NCBI GenBank assembly: GCA_964391975.1
Contig: CAYMNZ010000001.1
Span: 198,978 to 262,977, forward strand
Length of the DNA: 64,000 nucleotides
Reading direction: 5' to 3'
Source: an uncultured Candidatus Saccharibacteria bacterium
Lineage (GTDB): Bacteria; Patescibacteriota; Minisyncoccia; Phycocordibacterales; Phycocordibacteraceae
Translations under genes and position numbers: made by a program
Notes under the pieces: generated by a model
The model's database searches: none
What the model was told of the DNA's origin: nothing
The model's input: only the letters and a program-made list of their open reading frames with translations
Shown here: piece by piece, positions 20,058-28,560 of the stretch
Layout: each line of letters begins with the position of its first letter
How positions within the stretch are numbered: position 1 is the first letter of the stretch

Positions 20058-20435
20058 TTACTTAAGCGTAACGACCCGACGAGGTATGTCGTCACTGGTG
20101 CCGGCAGGTCTTCGCCACGGGGCCGAGGAGGCAGCAGTTCCAAGCATGGCTGAGTCTAGCTGGAAGGCTTTCCCATCCCAGCGAAGCTGCATAGGAGTCT
20201 CGTTTTCTTTGCCGAAGAAATAAAATATCGCACCGCTCTTGAAGAGGAGTGCTTCAGGCGAATCCGGATTGCTCTTAATCCATTTCGCTTCCTTTTTACC
20301 CGCCAAAGTAACGCCGCGCTCTTGTCTCAAAAAGCCCCCTACCTCTCCAACAGGTTTTTCACCAAGCTCAAGATATTCTTGCGTCTCGATTGCTGGCAGT
20401 TTGTCCAATTTCTTCCACAAATCTTCGATAGGCAT
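20058..20435 (-). CDS. hypothetical protein
   Basis: 125-aa ORF filling the gap between the rpmG terminator and tRNA-Trp. Confidence 0.55.
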   Translation of the reverse strand: MPIEDLWKKLDKLPAIETQEYLELGEKPVGEVGGFLRQERGVTLAGKKEAKWIKSNPDSPEALLFKSGAIFYFFGKENETPMQLRWDGKAFQLDSAMLGTAASSAPWRRPAGTSDDIPRRVVTLK

Positions 20436-20483
20436 ACGAGGTATGAACTACGACTAAGCTATGTCTACTATGATAGCACCGAG

Positions 20484-20557
20484 TGGCGGGCCCACGAGGA
20501 ATCGAACCTCGACCAAGGGATTTGGAGGCCCTCGTTCTACCATTAAACTATGGACCC
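20484..20557 (-). tRNA. tRNA-Trp(CCA)
   Basis: GGGTCCATAGTTTAATGGTAGAAC, loop CTCCAAA, GGTTCGATTCC, encoded CCA. Confidence 0.93.
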
Positions 20558-20634
20558 TGTAGGCGCTACGATAGCAGTATTCCTGCCTGTGGGCAAAGAG
20601 CTTCACGTTGTTTCAATACCGTATACTTAGCCTC

Positions 20635-21684
20635 ATGAAGCGAACGCTCGCGTACCTCCTGGCCTTTGTGCCGCTGTTAGTGCTTACCGTTCCTGGAACT
20701 GCCTCCGCTGCATTCTGGGGACCTATCGTCGATGGTCGTTGCCTTTGCCCAGGTTCAGCACCGGACTACGGCTGCGTGATTCAGACCATTCAAAACACCA
20801 TGAACCTCGGGGTGTCGCTTGCGGTGGTGATTGCAACGCTCGTTATTGCATACGCAGGCGCCATCTGGCTCGTCTCCCCGGTTAATCCTAAGAGCCGTGA
20901 GATGGGACGCACCATGCTCCTTAATGCCGTCATAGGGCTTGTGGTGTTGCTTGCGGGATGGATCTTCGTCGACTTCCTTATGAAGCAGCTCTACAACGAG
21001 AGCGCCAACTCCAACGGCGTGCAGCTCGGGCCATGGAACGAGATTCTTGCGCCAAGTGCAACAGGCGACGATATGTGTATCGAGCGTCGGACTGAGTTCG
21101 GACAGAATACTCCCAGCACCCCGAGTACCGGGGGAACTGGAACGGTAACTACACCTGGTGATGACGATGACGACGACGATACCCCAACGCCCACCCCATC
21201 ACCTCAATCATGTACAGTGACCGATAGTAAATCCGCATGTGGTGGCTTCTATATCCAGACGGCATGTGGTACTTCGCATAACACAAACGTCAAAAATCTC
21301 GTAGACGCTGGGGTCCGTGGTCAATCAACCGGAAGCTGCTGTATGAAAAACAATGACTCGTGCACTTCGCTTGATGGCATAAGTTCAAATGCGATAAACC
21401 TGATTCGTAATCTTCAGGAGGATTACGGGGGAGTATTAATAACGGGTGGTACTGAAACTGGTCACACGAACCACGGTTACAACAGGAGTTTTGATATGGG
21501 CATCTCCGCGGCGGGCGATGCTGCAATTCGTGCGCTCCCACGCGCGACCGCAGAGCAAAGAGACTGCCATGACATTTTGAGTACCAATGTCTACGCATCC
21601 ACGGGATCGGGTGCCTCCTATTTCGATGAGGGCGGTCACTGGCACGTCACAGTCGGAGGGTTCTCTTCTTGTTTGCCTGACTAG
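20635..21684 (+). CDS. pilin-domain protein fused to Cys-rich region and M15-like Zn peptidase domain
   Basis: Signal peptide; IAYAGAIWLVSPVNPKSREMGRTMLLNAVIGLVV pilin core; T/P/D linker; HGYNRSFD (H-x6-D) and EGGHWH. Confidence 0.7.
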   Translation: MKRTLAYLLAFVPLLVLTVPGTASAAFWGPIVDGRCLCPGSAPDYGCVIQTIQNTMNLGVSLAVVIATLVIAYAGAIWLVSPVNPKSREMGRTMLLNAVIGLVVLLAGWIFVDFLMKQLYNESANSNGVQLGPWNEILAPSATGDDMCIERRTEFGQNTPSTPSTGGTGTVTTPGDDDDDDDTPTPTPSPQSCTVTDSKSACGGFYIQTACGTSHNTNVKNLVDAGVRGQSTGSCCMKNNDSCTSLDGISSNAINLIRNLQEDYGGVLITGGTETGHTNHGYNRSFDMGISAAGDAAIRALPRATAEQRDCHDILSTNVYASTGSGASYFDEGGHWHVTVGGFSSCLPD

Positions 21685-22505
21685 GAGGGCAGTTTTCTAA
21701 GCCACTGCTTCTGATGTCTCGCATACTGCCAGAGTTTAGCAGCGAGCGTTGGCAGGAGTGTTGATTCCTCGCGTTCACCACGTAAGTATTCTCCTATAAT
21801 TCGGTACTCAAGCCCGAGCTCAGTGAGGCGGGCATCTCCCACATACTCTCGCACTGTTCGCACCTCTTCTATAAGCCCGCGTTCAAAAGCACTTTGCAGT
21901 CGCTTCGTAATACGCTCTCGAAGCTCATCGCGCTCAAGGTCAACGACGACCCACTCAATCTCGTAGGCATCGTTTGGGATACGCGCAGGGACGGCTCCGT
22001 GTTTCTCAATAATCTCAAGAGCGCGGACAAGACGCCTTCGGTTACTGTGGTCTATTGTCTCTGCCCTGTGAGGGTCCTTCTCATCGATAAGGCGAGCAAG
22101 CTCTTCGGTCGAAAGTTGCTCGAGCTCTTCACGATACTTGGGGTCCGAAGGCATCTCCGGAGGTAGGCCGTTAAGAAGTGCGTCGAAGTAGAAGTGAGTG
22201 CCGCCAGCAAGTATCGGAAGCTTGCCACGGGAGGAAATGTCCTCGATGAGTCGTGCGGCATCATGTATGAAATCGCCTGCACTGTAGGAGTCTTTGGGGT
22301 CACGTATGTCGATAAGGTAGTGAGGAATGCCGTCCATCTCCTCTGTGCTGGTTTTCTCTGTTCCGATGTCGAGGGTTCGGTAGACTTGGCGGGAATCCAC
22401 TGAAATAACCTCGCCATTACGCTCCTTGGCGATAGCAACTGCACGAGCAGACTTGCCAGAGGCCGTAGGGCCTATGACGCAGACAATCTTGGTTTTGCCG
22501 GGCAT
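21681..22505 (-). CDS. miaA: tRNA dimethylallyltransferase
   Basis: GPTASGKS, SVDSRQVY, DIGTEK, GGTHFY; TGATAGCAT 8 nt before ATG 22505. Confidence 0.95.
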   Translation of the reverse strand: MPGKTKIVCVIGPTASGKSARAVAIAKERNGEVISVDSRQVYRTLDIGTEKTSTEEMDGIPHYLIDIRDPKDSYSAGDFIHDAARLIEDISSRGKLPILAGGTHFYFDALLNGLPPEMPSDPKYREELEQLSTEELARLIDEKDPHRAETIDHSNRRRLVRALEIIEKHGAVPARIPNDAYEIEWVVVDLERDELRERITKRLQSAFERGLIEEVRTVREYVGDARLTELGLEYRIIGEYLRGEREESTLLPTLAAKLWQYARHQKQWLRKLPS

Positions 22506-22560
22506 GAACCCGGATGCTATCATGCGCCAATCATCTTTGTCAGCGTAAGCTTTATACCCT

Positions 22561-23226
22561 ATGGATAAGAACGGACAGAAGAGCACCTATTGTGAGCATT
22601 GCGGCGATTTCCACGACCCTATGCGGGAGTACGTGTCGTCAGTGCGTGTGGGAGAGATTGTTCCTGACTATGAGTTCGAAATCTTCCAGAACAATGAGGT
22701 AAAGACCGTGAAGTTCTCTGATTTCCGCGGGAAATGGCTCATCGTCATGTTCTACCCAGCTGACTTCACCTTCGTGTGCCCAACGGAGCTTGAGGACATG
22801 GCGAAGCTCTACCCGAAGATTAAGGAAATGAGTGGAGAGGTGATTTCTTTCTCGACCGACACTGTCTTTACCCACAAGGCATGGCACGACACGTCGGAGG
22901 CTATTAAGAAGATTGAATTCCCAATGGGCGCAGACCCAGCAGGAAAGATTTCGGACGCATTCGGCGTCTTGATTCAGGGCTACGACACCACCCTCACTCC
23001 TGACGAAGGTCTCTCTATGCGCGGCACCTTCCTCATCGATCCAGCCGGAATCCTCAAGACCATGGAAATACACCACAACTCCATTGGTCGCTCTGGAAAG
23101 GAGACGCTCCGCAAGCTCCAGGCAGCACAGTTCGTGGAGACACATGGCGACAAGGTCTGCCCAGCGTCATGGGAGCCAGGAGACGATACGCTCGAGCCTG
23201 GTATGGATTTGGTAGGGAAGATATAG
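22561..23226 (+). CDS. ahpC: 2-Cys peroxiredoxin (AhpC)
   Basis: [13 protein letters not shown] and VCPASW. Confidence 0.93.
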   Translation: MDKNGQKSTYCEHCGDFHDPMREYVSSVRVGEIVPDYEFEIFQNNEVKTVKFSDFRGKWLIVMFYPADFTFVCPTELEDMAKLYPKIKEMSGEVISFSTDTVFTHKAWHDTSEAIKKIEFPMGADPAGKISDAFGVLIQGYDTTLTPDEGLSMRGTFLIDPAGILKTMEIHHNSIGRSGKETLRKLQAAQFVETHGDKVCPASWEPGDDTLEPGMDLVGKI

Positions 23227-23233
23227 TTTCCCT

Positions 23234-24379
23234 ATGAAGATATTGCTTCTCGGGAGCGGCGAACTCGGGAAGGAAGTCGCTATTGAAGCGATGCGCTTGG
23301 GGCACACCGTTGTGGCCTGTGACCGCTATGAAGGAGCGCCGGCAATGCAGGTAGCGCATTCTTCTCGTGTCTTCTCTATGCTCGATGGTACAGAGATACG
23401 GCGTGCCGTAGAGGAAGAGAAGTCTGACCTCATCGTTCCGGAGATTGAAGCTATAGCAACCGCTACACTTGTTGAGCTTGAGAAAGAAGGGCACACAGTT
23501 ATTCCAACTGCGAGAGCCGCACAGCTCACTATGGACCGTGAAGGCATACGTCGCCTCGCCGCAGAGGAGCTTTCGCTCCCGACGAGCCCGTATCGATTTG
23601 CAGGAAGCTTTGAGGAGCTTGATACTGCCACTGGAGAGATTGGATTTCCGTGCGTTATCAAGCCAACGATGTCCTCTTCAGGAAAGGGGCAGAGTGTGGT
23701 GAAGAATCGCGATGAGCTCGCAAAAGCTTGGGACTACGCGATGGAAGCGGGGCGAGGGAAGACGGGGAAGGTGATTGTCGAGGGCTTCGTTATCTTTGAC
23801 TACGAGATTACGTTGCTTACCATCCGACACGCTGCGGGCACAAGTTTCTGTGCACCTATCGGGCATGTGCAGATAGACGGTGACTACCGAGAGAGCTGGC
23901 AGCCCCACGCGATGAGTGAGAAAGCTCTGACGGCTGCAGAGGACATCGCGAAGAAGATTACTGATGCGCTTGGAGGTCGCGGAATCTTTGGCGTCGAGCT
24001 TTTTATACAAGGGGATAAGGCTATCTTCTCCGAAGTGTCTCCGCGCCCGCACGACACAGGCATGGTGACCATGGCGAGTCAGAATATGAGTCAGTTCGAG
24101 CTGCATGTGCGAGCTATCACCGGTCTTCCGATTCCTCTCATCACTTCTCATCCTGGGGCGTCTGCGGCAGTACTCTCTGAGATTGAGACTGAGCATCCTG
24201 TCATCGAAGGACTTGAGGATGCACTTTCTGAACCTGGAACCTCCGTGCGGGTGTTTGGGAAGCCTTCTGCACATAAGAGGCGCCGTATGGCGGTAGCACT
24301 TGCGACCGCGGATACAACTGATGAGGCCCGCGCTAAGGCGATGGGGGCAGCAGGAAAGATTCGTGTGGTATCCTCGTGA
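23234..24379 (+). CDS. purT: formate-dependent GAR transformylase
   Basis: [47 protein letters not shown]. Confidence 0.95.
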   Translation: MKILLLGSGELGKEVAIEAMRLGHTVVACDRYEGAPAMQVAHSSRVFSMLDGTEIRRAVEEEKSDLIVPEIEAIATATLVELEKEGHTVIPTARAAQLTMDREGIRRLAAEELSLPTSPYRFAGSFEELDTATGEIGFPCVIKPTMSSSGKGQSVVKNRDELAKAWDYAMEAGRGKTGKVIVEGFVIFDYEITLLTIRHAAGTSFCAPIGHVQIDGDYRESWQPHAMSEKALTAAEDIAKKITDALGGRGIFGVELFIQGDKAIFSEVSPRPHDTGMVTMASQNMSQFELHVRAITGLPIPLITSHPGASAAVLSEIETEHPVIEGLEDALSEPGTSVRVFGKPSAHKRRRMAVALATADTTDEARAKAMGAAGKIRVVSS

Positions 24380-24382
24380 GAT

Positions 24383-24949
24383 ATGTATAACCCCTTACGA
24401 GGTTTGTGGCGAAAGATTGTTGATTCGGAGCCGCCCAATACTGATACTGGTGAGCATAAGAGAGATGAAAGGCGTAACCGAACTCGAGCGGGTGCAATTG
24501 CAACTGCGGGATTAGCTGCGGCTCTAGGTGCCGCAACTCCGATAGATAATGGGAGCTACCAGCCACGTCCTGCTGTCGAACGTGTACAAACCAACCCGGT
24601 TCGAAGCGAAGCAGCGGATACCACAAGGGGAGATGGAGCCTATGCTGTAATGACAAGTCTCCTCCACAACCTTGAACGCGACCCGAGGGCCAAGGCAGCG
24701 TTCGAGCAACTCTTTCCAGTTAACGAAGGACAGAGCTCAGCTGACCGCATGCGCGCTATCACCGAAGAGATTGGCCTTCGCAATCCGCAGACAGGATGGG
24801 AGATTACGCTTCAGGGCGGTGACTACCTCTCCTTTACTCCGGGCACAGGACTTACCCTTGAAGGTACGCACAGCAGCTCGTTTGCACTGACGGATGAAGA
24901 AGATCGGAAATTAGGATACGACCCGGCACTCGACGCGTATCGTAACTAG
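24383..24949 (+). CDS. hypothetical protein with Arg-rich stretch and hydrophobic anchor
   Basis: 188-aa ORF closely following purT. Confidence 0.6.
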   Translation: MYNPLRGLWRKIVDSEPPNTDTGEHKRDERRNRTRAGAIATAGLAAALGAATPIDNGSYQPRPAVERVQTNPVRSEAADTTRGDGAYAVMTSLLHNLERDPRAKAAFEQLFPVNEGQSSADRMRAITEEIGLRNPQTGWEITLQGGDYLSFTPGTGLTLEGTHSSSFALTDEEDRKLGYDPALDAYRN

Positions 24950-24952
24950 TGC

Positions 24953-25858
24953 CTAAGAGCTTCGCAGACGTCGGAGCACGGTCTCCAGAGTTTTTCTCAT
25001 ATCCTTCGGGAGCGATAGTTCCGTAAGGGATGCGCGTGTCTGTAAATTTCCCGTAAGTATCGAAGAAAGCGAGAATCCGGTCTCTGCGCGAATGGTGCGG
25101 TCGATGTTGTTTGTGGTAAGCGCTCGAAGGCTCACCAGCTCTTTGGCCTTGTCGCCTCCCATAGTCGTGGCGATGCCAACGAGCGCACCAGAGGAATCGA
25201 CTACTGGTCCGCCCGAAACTCCCTTGTGTCCAGCTTTTGATGGGGCGACAAGAAGGATGTCTTGGTTTGGTTTAGTGAAAGAGCGAATGTCAGTCACGGT
25301 TGAAGAGGCGACAATGCGCTTCAACTTACTCTTCACACCATCGAAGTCGAGCCTGTCTGCAGGATAGCCGGCAATCGAGACGGCCATGCCGCTTGTGGTC
25401 ACAGTGTTTAGTGGAAGCGCCGGAAAGACCGTTCCAGGTTTAGCGTCCGTAATGTAGAGGAGGGTGAAATCGCTATCACCGGTTCCTTTGCCTTCGGTCT
25501 TTGTTGCTACCTTGCTTTGATACTGCTCGGTCCACGAAAGCGGCATGTAGAGAAGTTCGGCATGGTACATCTCCTTGGCAGGAGAACCAGTGCGAATGGA
25601 GCAGCGGTTCTTACTCTTGGAGTCGGTTGAGGAGGCGAGAAGGAAATACTGTGCGACGTGGGCATTCGTAATGATGACACCTCGACTGTCGACGAAAGAA
25701 CCGGTGCCTGTAGTCTGGAAGGTTGCGCCGCCTACTTTCATGCGGCAGAAGACGTTTACGGTCGCCTTCTCAAGTGGCGTCTCTATGGGTGCAGTCTTAG
25801 CGTCTGCGCCCAAGGGAAGCATGAGTACAAACAGTACGAGTACGAGAAGTTTTTTCAT
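24953..25858 (-). CDS. secreted trypsin-like serine protease
   Basis: Signal peptide MKKLLVLV...; ITNAHV, DFTLL, GVSGGP; start corrected to 25858 because the upstream frame lies in a tRNA. Confidence 0.85.
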   Translation of the reverse strand: MKKLLVLVLFVLMLPLGADAKTAPIETPLEKATVNVFCRMKVGGATFQTTGTGSFVDSRGVIITNAHVAQYFLLASSTDSKSKNRCSIRTGSPAKEMYHAELLYMPLSWTEQYQSKVATKTEGKGTGDSDFTLLYITDAKPGTVFPALPLNTVTTSGMAVSIAGYPADRLDFDGVKSKLKRIVASSTVTDIRSFTKPNQDILLVAPSKAGHKGVSGGPVVDSSGALVGIATTMGGDKAKELVSLRALTTNNIDRTIRAETGFSLSSILTGNLQTRASLTELSLPKDMRKTLETVLRRLRSS

Positions 25859-25861
25859 ATG

Positions 25862-25946
25862 TGGTGCCGGAGGAGGGAGTCGAACCCTCAACCCTTGCGG
25901 GAACGGGTTTTGAATCCGTCGCGTATACCAATTCCGCCACCCCGGC
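25862..25946 (-). tRNA. tRNA-Leu(CAA)
   Basis: GCCGGGGTGGCGGAATTGGTATACG, loop TTCAAAA, long variable arm, GGTTCGACTCC, encoded CCA. Confidence 0.95.
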
Positions 25947-26005
25947 TTGTGGATTATCCTACGCGCGAACGCCCGTGCCTGCAATGCGCGTGATAGAATT
26001 GCGTG

Positions 26006-26935
26006 ATGTCAGGGGATGCATATGAGCCGACGAGGTTTGACTCCGTCTTTTGGGTGGAGATTGACCGTGTAGGACCCAATCCATACCAGCCACGCCGAGA
26101 GTTCGACGAAATGCGCCTTAAGGCGCTCGCTGAATCCATACGCCAGTACGGTGTGCTGCAGCCGATGGTCGTCACCCGCAAGGAGGTAGAGAAGCCAGGG
26201 GGAGGACTTGAGACCCGCTACGAGCTTATTGCTGGAGAGCGTCGTCTCCGTGCATCAAAGCTCGTTGGACTTCGTGAGGTTCCTGTCGTGATTCGCGAAG
26301 GAGAGCAAAGCGATAGCATGAAGCTGCAGCTCGCTATCATCGAGAACCTTCAGCGTGAGGACCTTAACGCCATTGACCGCGCGAAGGCTCTTGCAAAGCT
26401 TGCTGAGGAGTTCGCCTTTTCCCACGTGGAGATTGGAGCCAAGATAGGCCGCAGTAGGGAATTTGTGAGCAACTCCATTCGCCTTCTCGCGCTTCCTGAA
26501 ATGATTCAGCAGGCAGTGGTGAATAAGGAGCTCACTGAAGGTCACGCCCGTGCACTTCTCATGCTCTCAGACCGACCAGAGGAACGCGACACGCTCTTCA
26601 GGGAGATTGTGCTTAAGAAGACCTCAGTGCGTGTAGCTGAACAGATGGCGCGTCGCATCGCCGTTGACCGTATCCGCAAGCACGACAAGACTCCGGAGAT
26701 GATGGAGATTGAGAAGTCACTCACTGAAACTCTGGGCACTCGCGTGTTGATTGAAAACCGCCCGAACGGCGGTCGTGTGCTCATTGAATTTTTCTCACCG
26801 GAAGATCTCTCGCACATCGTCGCAGCGCTCGCTGCTGAGCAGGGAGTAAAGATGACCGACGACGAAGTGGAGGCACCAATCCCTGGCGTGTCTCAAGTTG
26901 ACGAGACCGGAACGATTCGAAACTTTACGGTTTAG
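26006..26935 (+). CDS. parB: ParB/Spo0J partition protein
   Basis: PNPYQPRREF, YELIAGERRLRA, IIENLQREDLN, HTH. Confidence 0.93.
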   Translation: MSGDAYEPTRFDSVFWVEIDRVGPNPYQPRREFDEMRLKALAESIRQYGVLQPMVVTRKEVEKPGGGLETRYELIAGERRLRASKLVGLREVPVVIREGEQSDSMKLQLAIIENLQREDLNAIDRAKALAKLAEEFAFSHVEIGAKIGRSREFVSNSIRLLALPEMIQQAVVNKELTEGHARALLMLSDRPEERDTLFREIVLKKTSVRVAEQMARRIAVDRIRKHDKTPEMMEIEKSLTETLGTRVLIENRPNGGRVLIEFFSPEDLSHIVAALAAEQGVKMTDDEVEAPIPGVSQVDETGTIRNFTV

Positions 26936-28535
26936 GTTTCTTTTTCTTTCCTTTCGCTTTATTACGAATGACGCGTGTGTCCACGTGTACTGGGGCATGG
27001 GCTTTGCCACGCTCTGGGAGCTCAAGTTCGGAACGTATGTGGCGGCGTGCCATTGAAGTTACAGCGTAATCGAGCCACTTAGCGGTTGGGCGCGCGGACT
27101 CACGCTTCAGAATCTCCACCATGTCGCCGTTACCAATGGTGGTATCAAACGACACCATCTTTCCATTAATCTTAGCCCCGCTCATGCGGTTGCCCAGATC
27201 TGAGTGTATGGCGTAGGCGAAATCAACGGGGGTCGAGCCAATGGGAAGGTCAATCACGTCTCCGCGCGGTGTGAAGACAAAGATGCGGTGTGAGAAGAAG
27301 TCGGACTTGAGCCCTTCAACGAACTCGGTTGAGCCGGTGTTGCCTGCGTGTGCTTCGGCGAGCTCAACCAGCCAGCGCGGCACGTTAGGCGCAACTGCTT
27401 CTTTGCCCGGTTCCTTTTTCGTAAAGTTAAGGAGGTTCGGGATGAGGTTCTGAATCCAGGGGAGTGACATGCGGCGCACTGCTTCGCCAGAGGCAGAACC
27501 GCCAAGGAGCTTGTAGGAGCCGTGGGAGGCAATACCGAATTCAGCCTGTGTGTGCATGTCCTTGGTGCGAATCTGTATCTCAACGATGCCTGCGCCGTCG
27601 GTGACCACGGTAGTATGCAGCGACTGATAACCGCTCGAGGGCTTCGGCACTGAAATGTAATCCTTAAAGCCTCCGGGGAGTGGCTTGTAGGTTGAATGGA
27701 CAAGGCCGAGGGCGGTGTAGCAGTCAGCAACCGTGGGCACGATGATGCGCAGCGCCGCCATATCGTAGATGAGGTTGATGTCGTCTCCCTTGCGCTTCAA
27801 TTTCTGATGGAGGCTCCAGAGTCCTTTCATACGCACATCCGTGCGGAAGTCCTTGATGCCTTGTTTGCTGAGTGCGACTTGGAGCTCGCGCTGCACCTTC
27901 TTAAGACCAGCTTCCGTTTCCTTGGTCTTCAACTTCCGTACTTCAAGGGCGTGTGTGTAGGCGTCAGGATCAATTGCAGGGAAGGAAAGGTCTTCGAGTT
28001 CGCGGCGTATGCGACCCATACCGAGTCGGTCGGCAATAGGAGCGTAGATTTCGAGTGTCTCAAGCGCAATACGCTTTTGTTTGTGTGCTGGCACATGCGA
28101 GAGGGTCTGCATGTTGTGGTAGCGGTCTGCGAGCTTCACGATGAGCACTCGTATATCGGCGGAGGTTGCCACCAGAAGACGGCGAAGTGATTCTGCGTGG
28201 CGTTCTGCTCCACGATATTTGTGCTTACCGAGTTTCGTCACGCCCTCGACGAGGAAGAGCACTTCTGCACCAAACTCCTTCTTTACTTCCTCTTCGGTAG
28301 CCTTGGCGTCTTCAATCGCGTCATGGAGGAGTCCAGCGGCAACCGTTGCAGCATCCATGCCCATTTCGGCCAGGATTTTAGCCACCGCAGCAGGGTGGAC
28401 GAAGTAGGGTTCTCCGGAGTAGCGGGTAACGCCTTTGTGGGCATTCTCAGAGAATGCGTAGGCTTTCTCAATTATTTTTGCATCCTCGGCAGAGAGGTTC
28501 TGCATTTGGGCCAGAATCTCTTTGACGGTGGTCAT
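26925..28535 (-). CDS. relA: (p)ppGpp synthetase/hydrolase (HD, synthetase and TGS domains; no ACT)
   Basis: RYSGEPY, LLHD, KLADRYHN, GYQSLHT, EIQIRT, DFAYAIH. Confidence 0.9.
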   Translation of the reverse strand: MTTVKEILAQMQNLSAEDAKIIEKAYAFSENAHKGVTRYSGEPYFVHPAAVAKILAEMGMDAATVAAGLLHDAIEDAKATEEEVKKEFGAEVLFLVEGVTKLGKHKYRGAERHAESLRRLLVATSADIRVLIVKLADRYHNMQTLSHVPAHKQKRIALETLEIYAPIADRLGMGRIRRELEDLSFPAIDPDAYTHALEVRKLKTKETEAGLKKVQRELQVALSKQGIKDFRTDVRMKGLWSLHQKLKRKGDDINLIYDMAALRIIVPTVADCYTALGLVHSTYKPLPGGFKDYISVPKPSSGYQSLHTTVVTDGAGIVEIQIRTKDMHTQAEFGIASHGSYKLLGGSASGEAVRRMSLPWIQNLIPNLLNFTKKEPGKEAVAPNVPRWLVELAEAHAGNTGSTEFVEGLKSDFFSHRIFVFTPRGDVIDLPIGSTPVDFAYAIHSDLGNRMSGAKINGKMVSFDTTIGNGDMVEILKRESARPTAKWLDYAVTSMARRHIRSELELPERGKAHAPVHVDTRVIRNKAKGKKKKPKP

Positions 28536-28560
28536 CAAGACAGGATACCTGTCTTCGTGG

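Noticed and set aside
19959-20153. 64-aa plus-strand ORF
   Set aside because: Out-of-frame overlap with rpmG and its terminator.
25859-25984. N-terminal extension of the protease ORF (likewise 37566-37616)
   Set aside because: These extensions run through tRNA genes; downstream ATGs give better starts.
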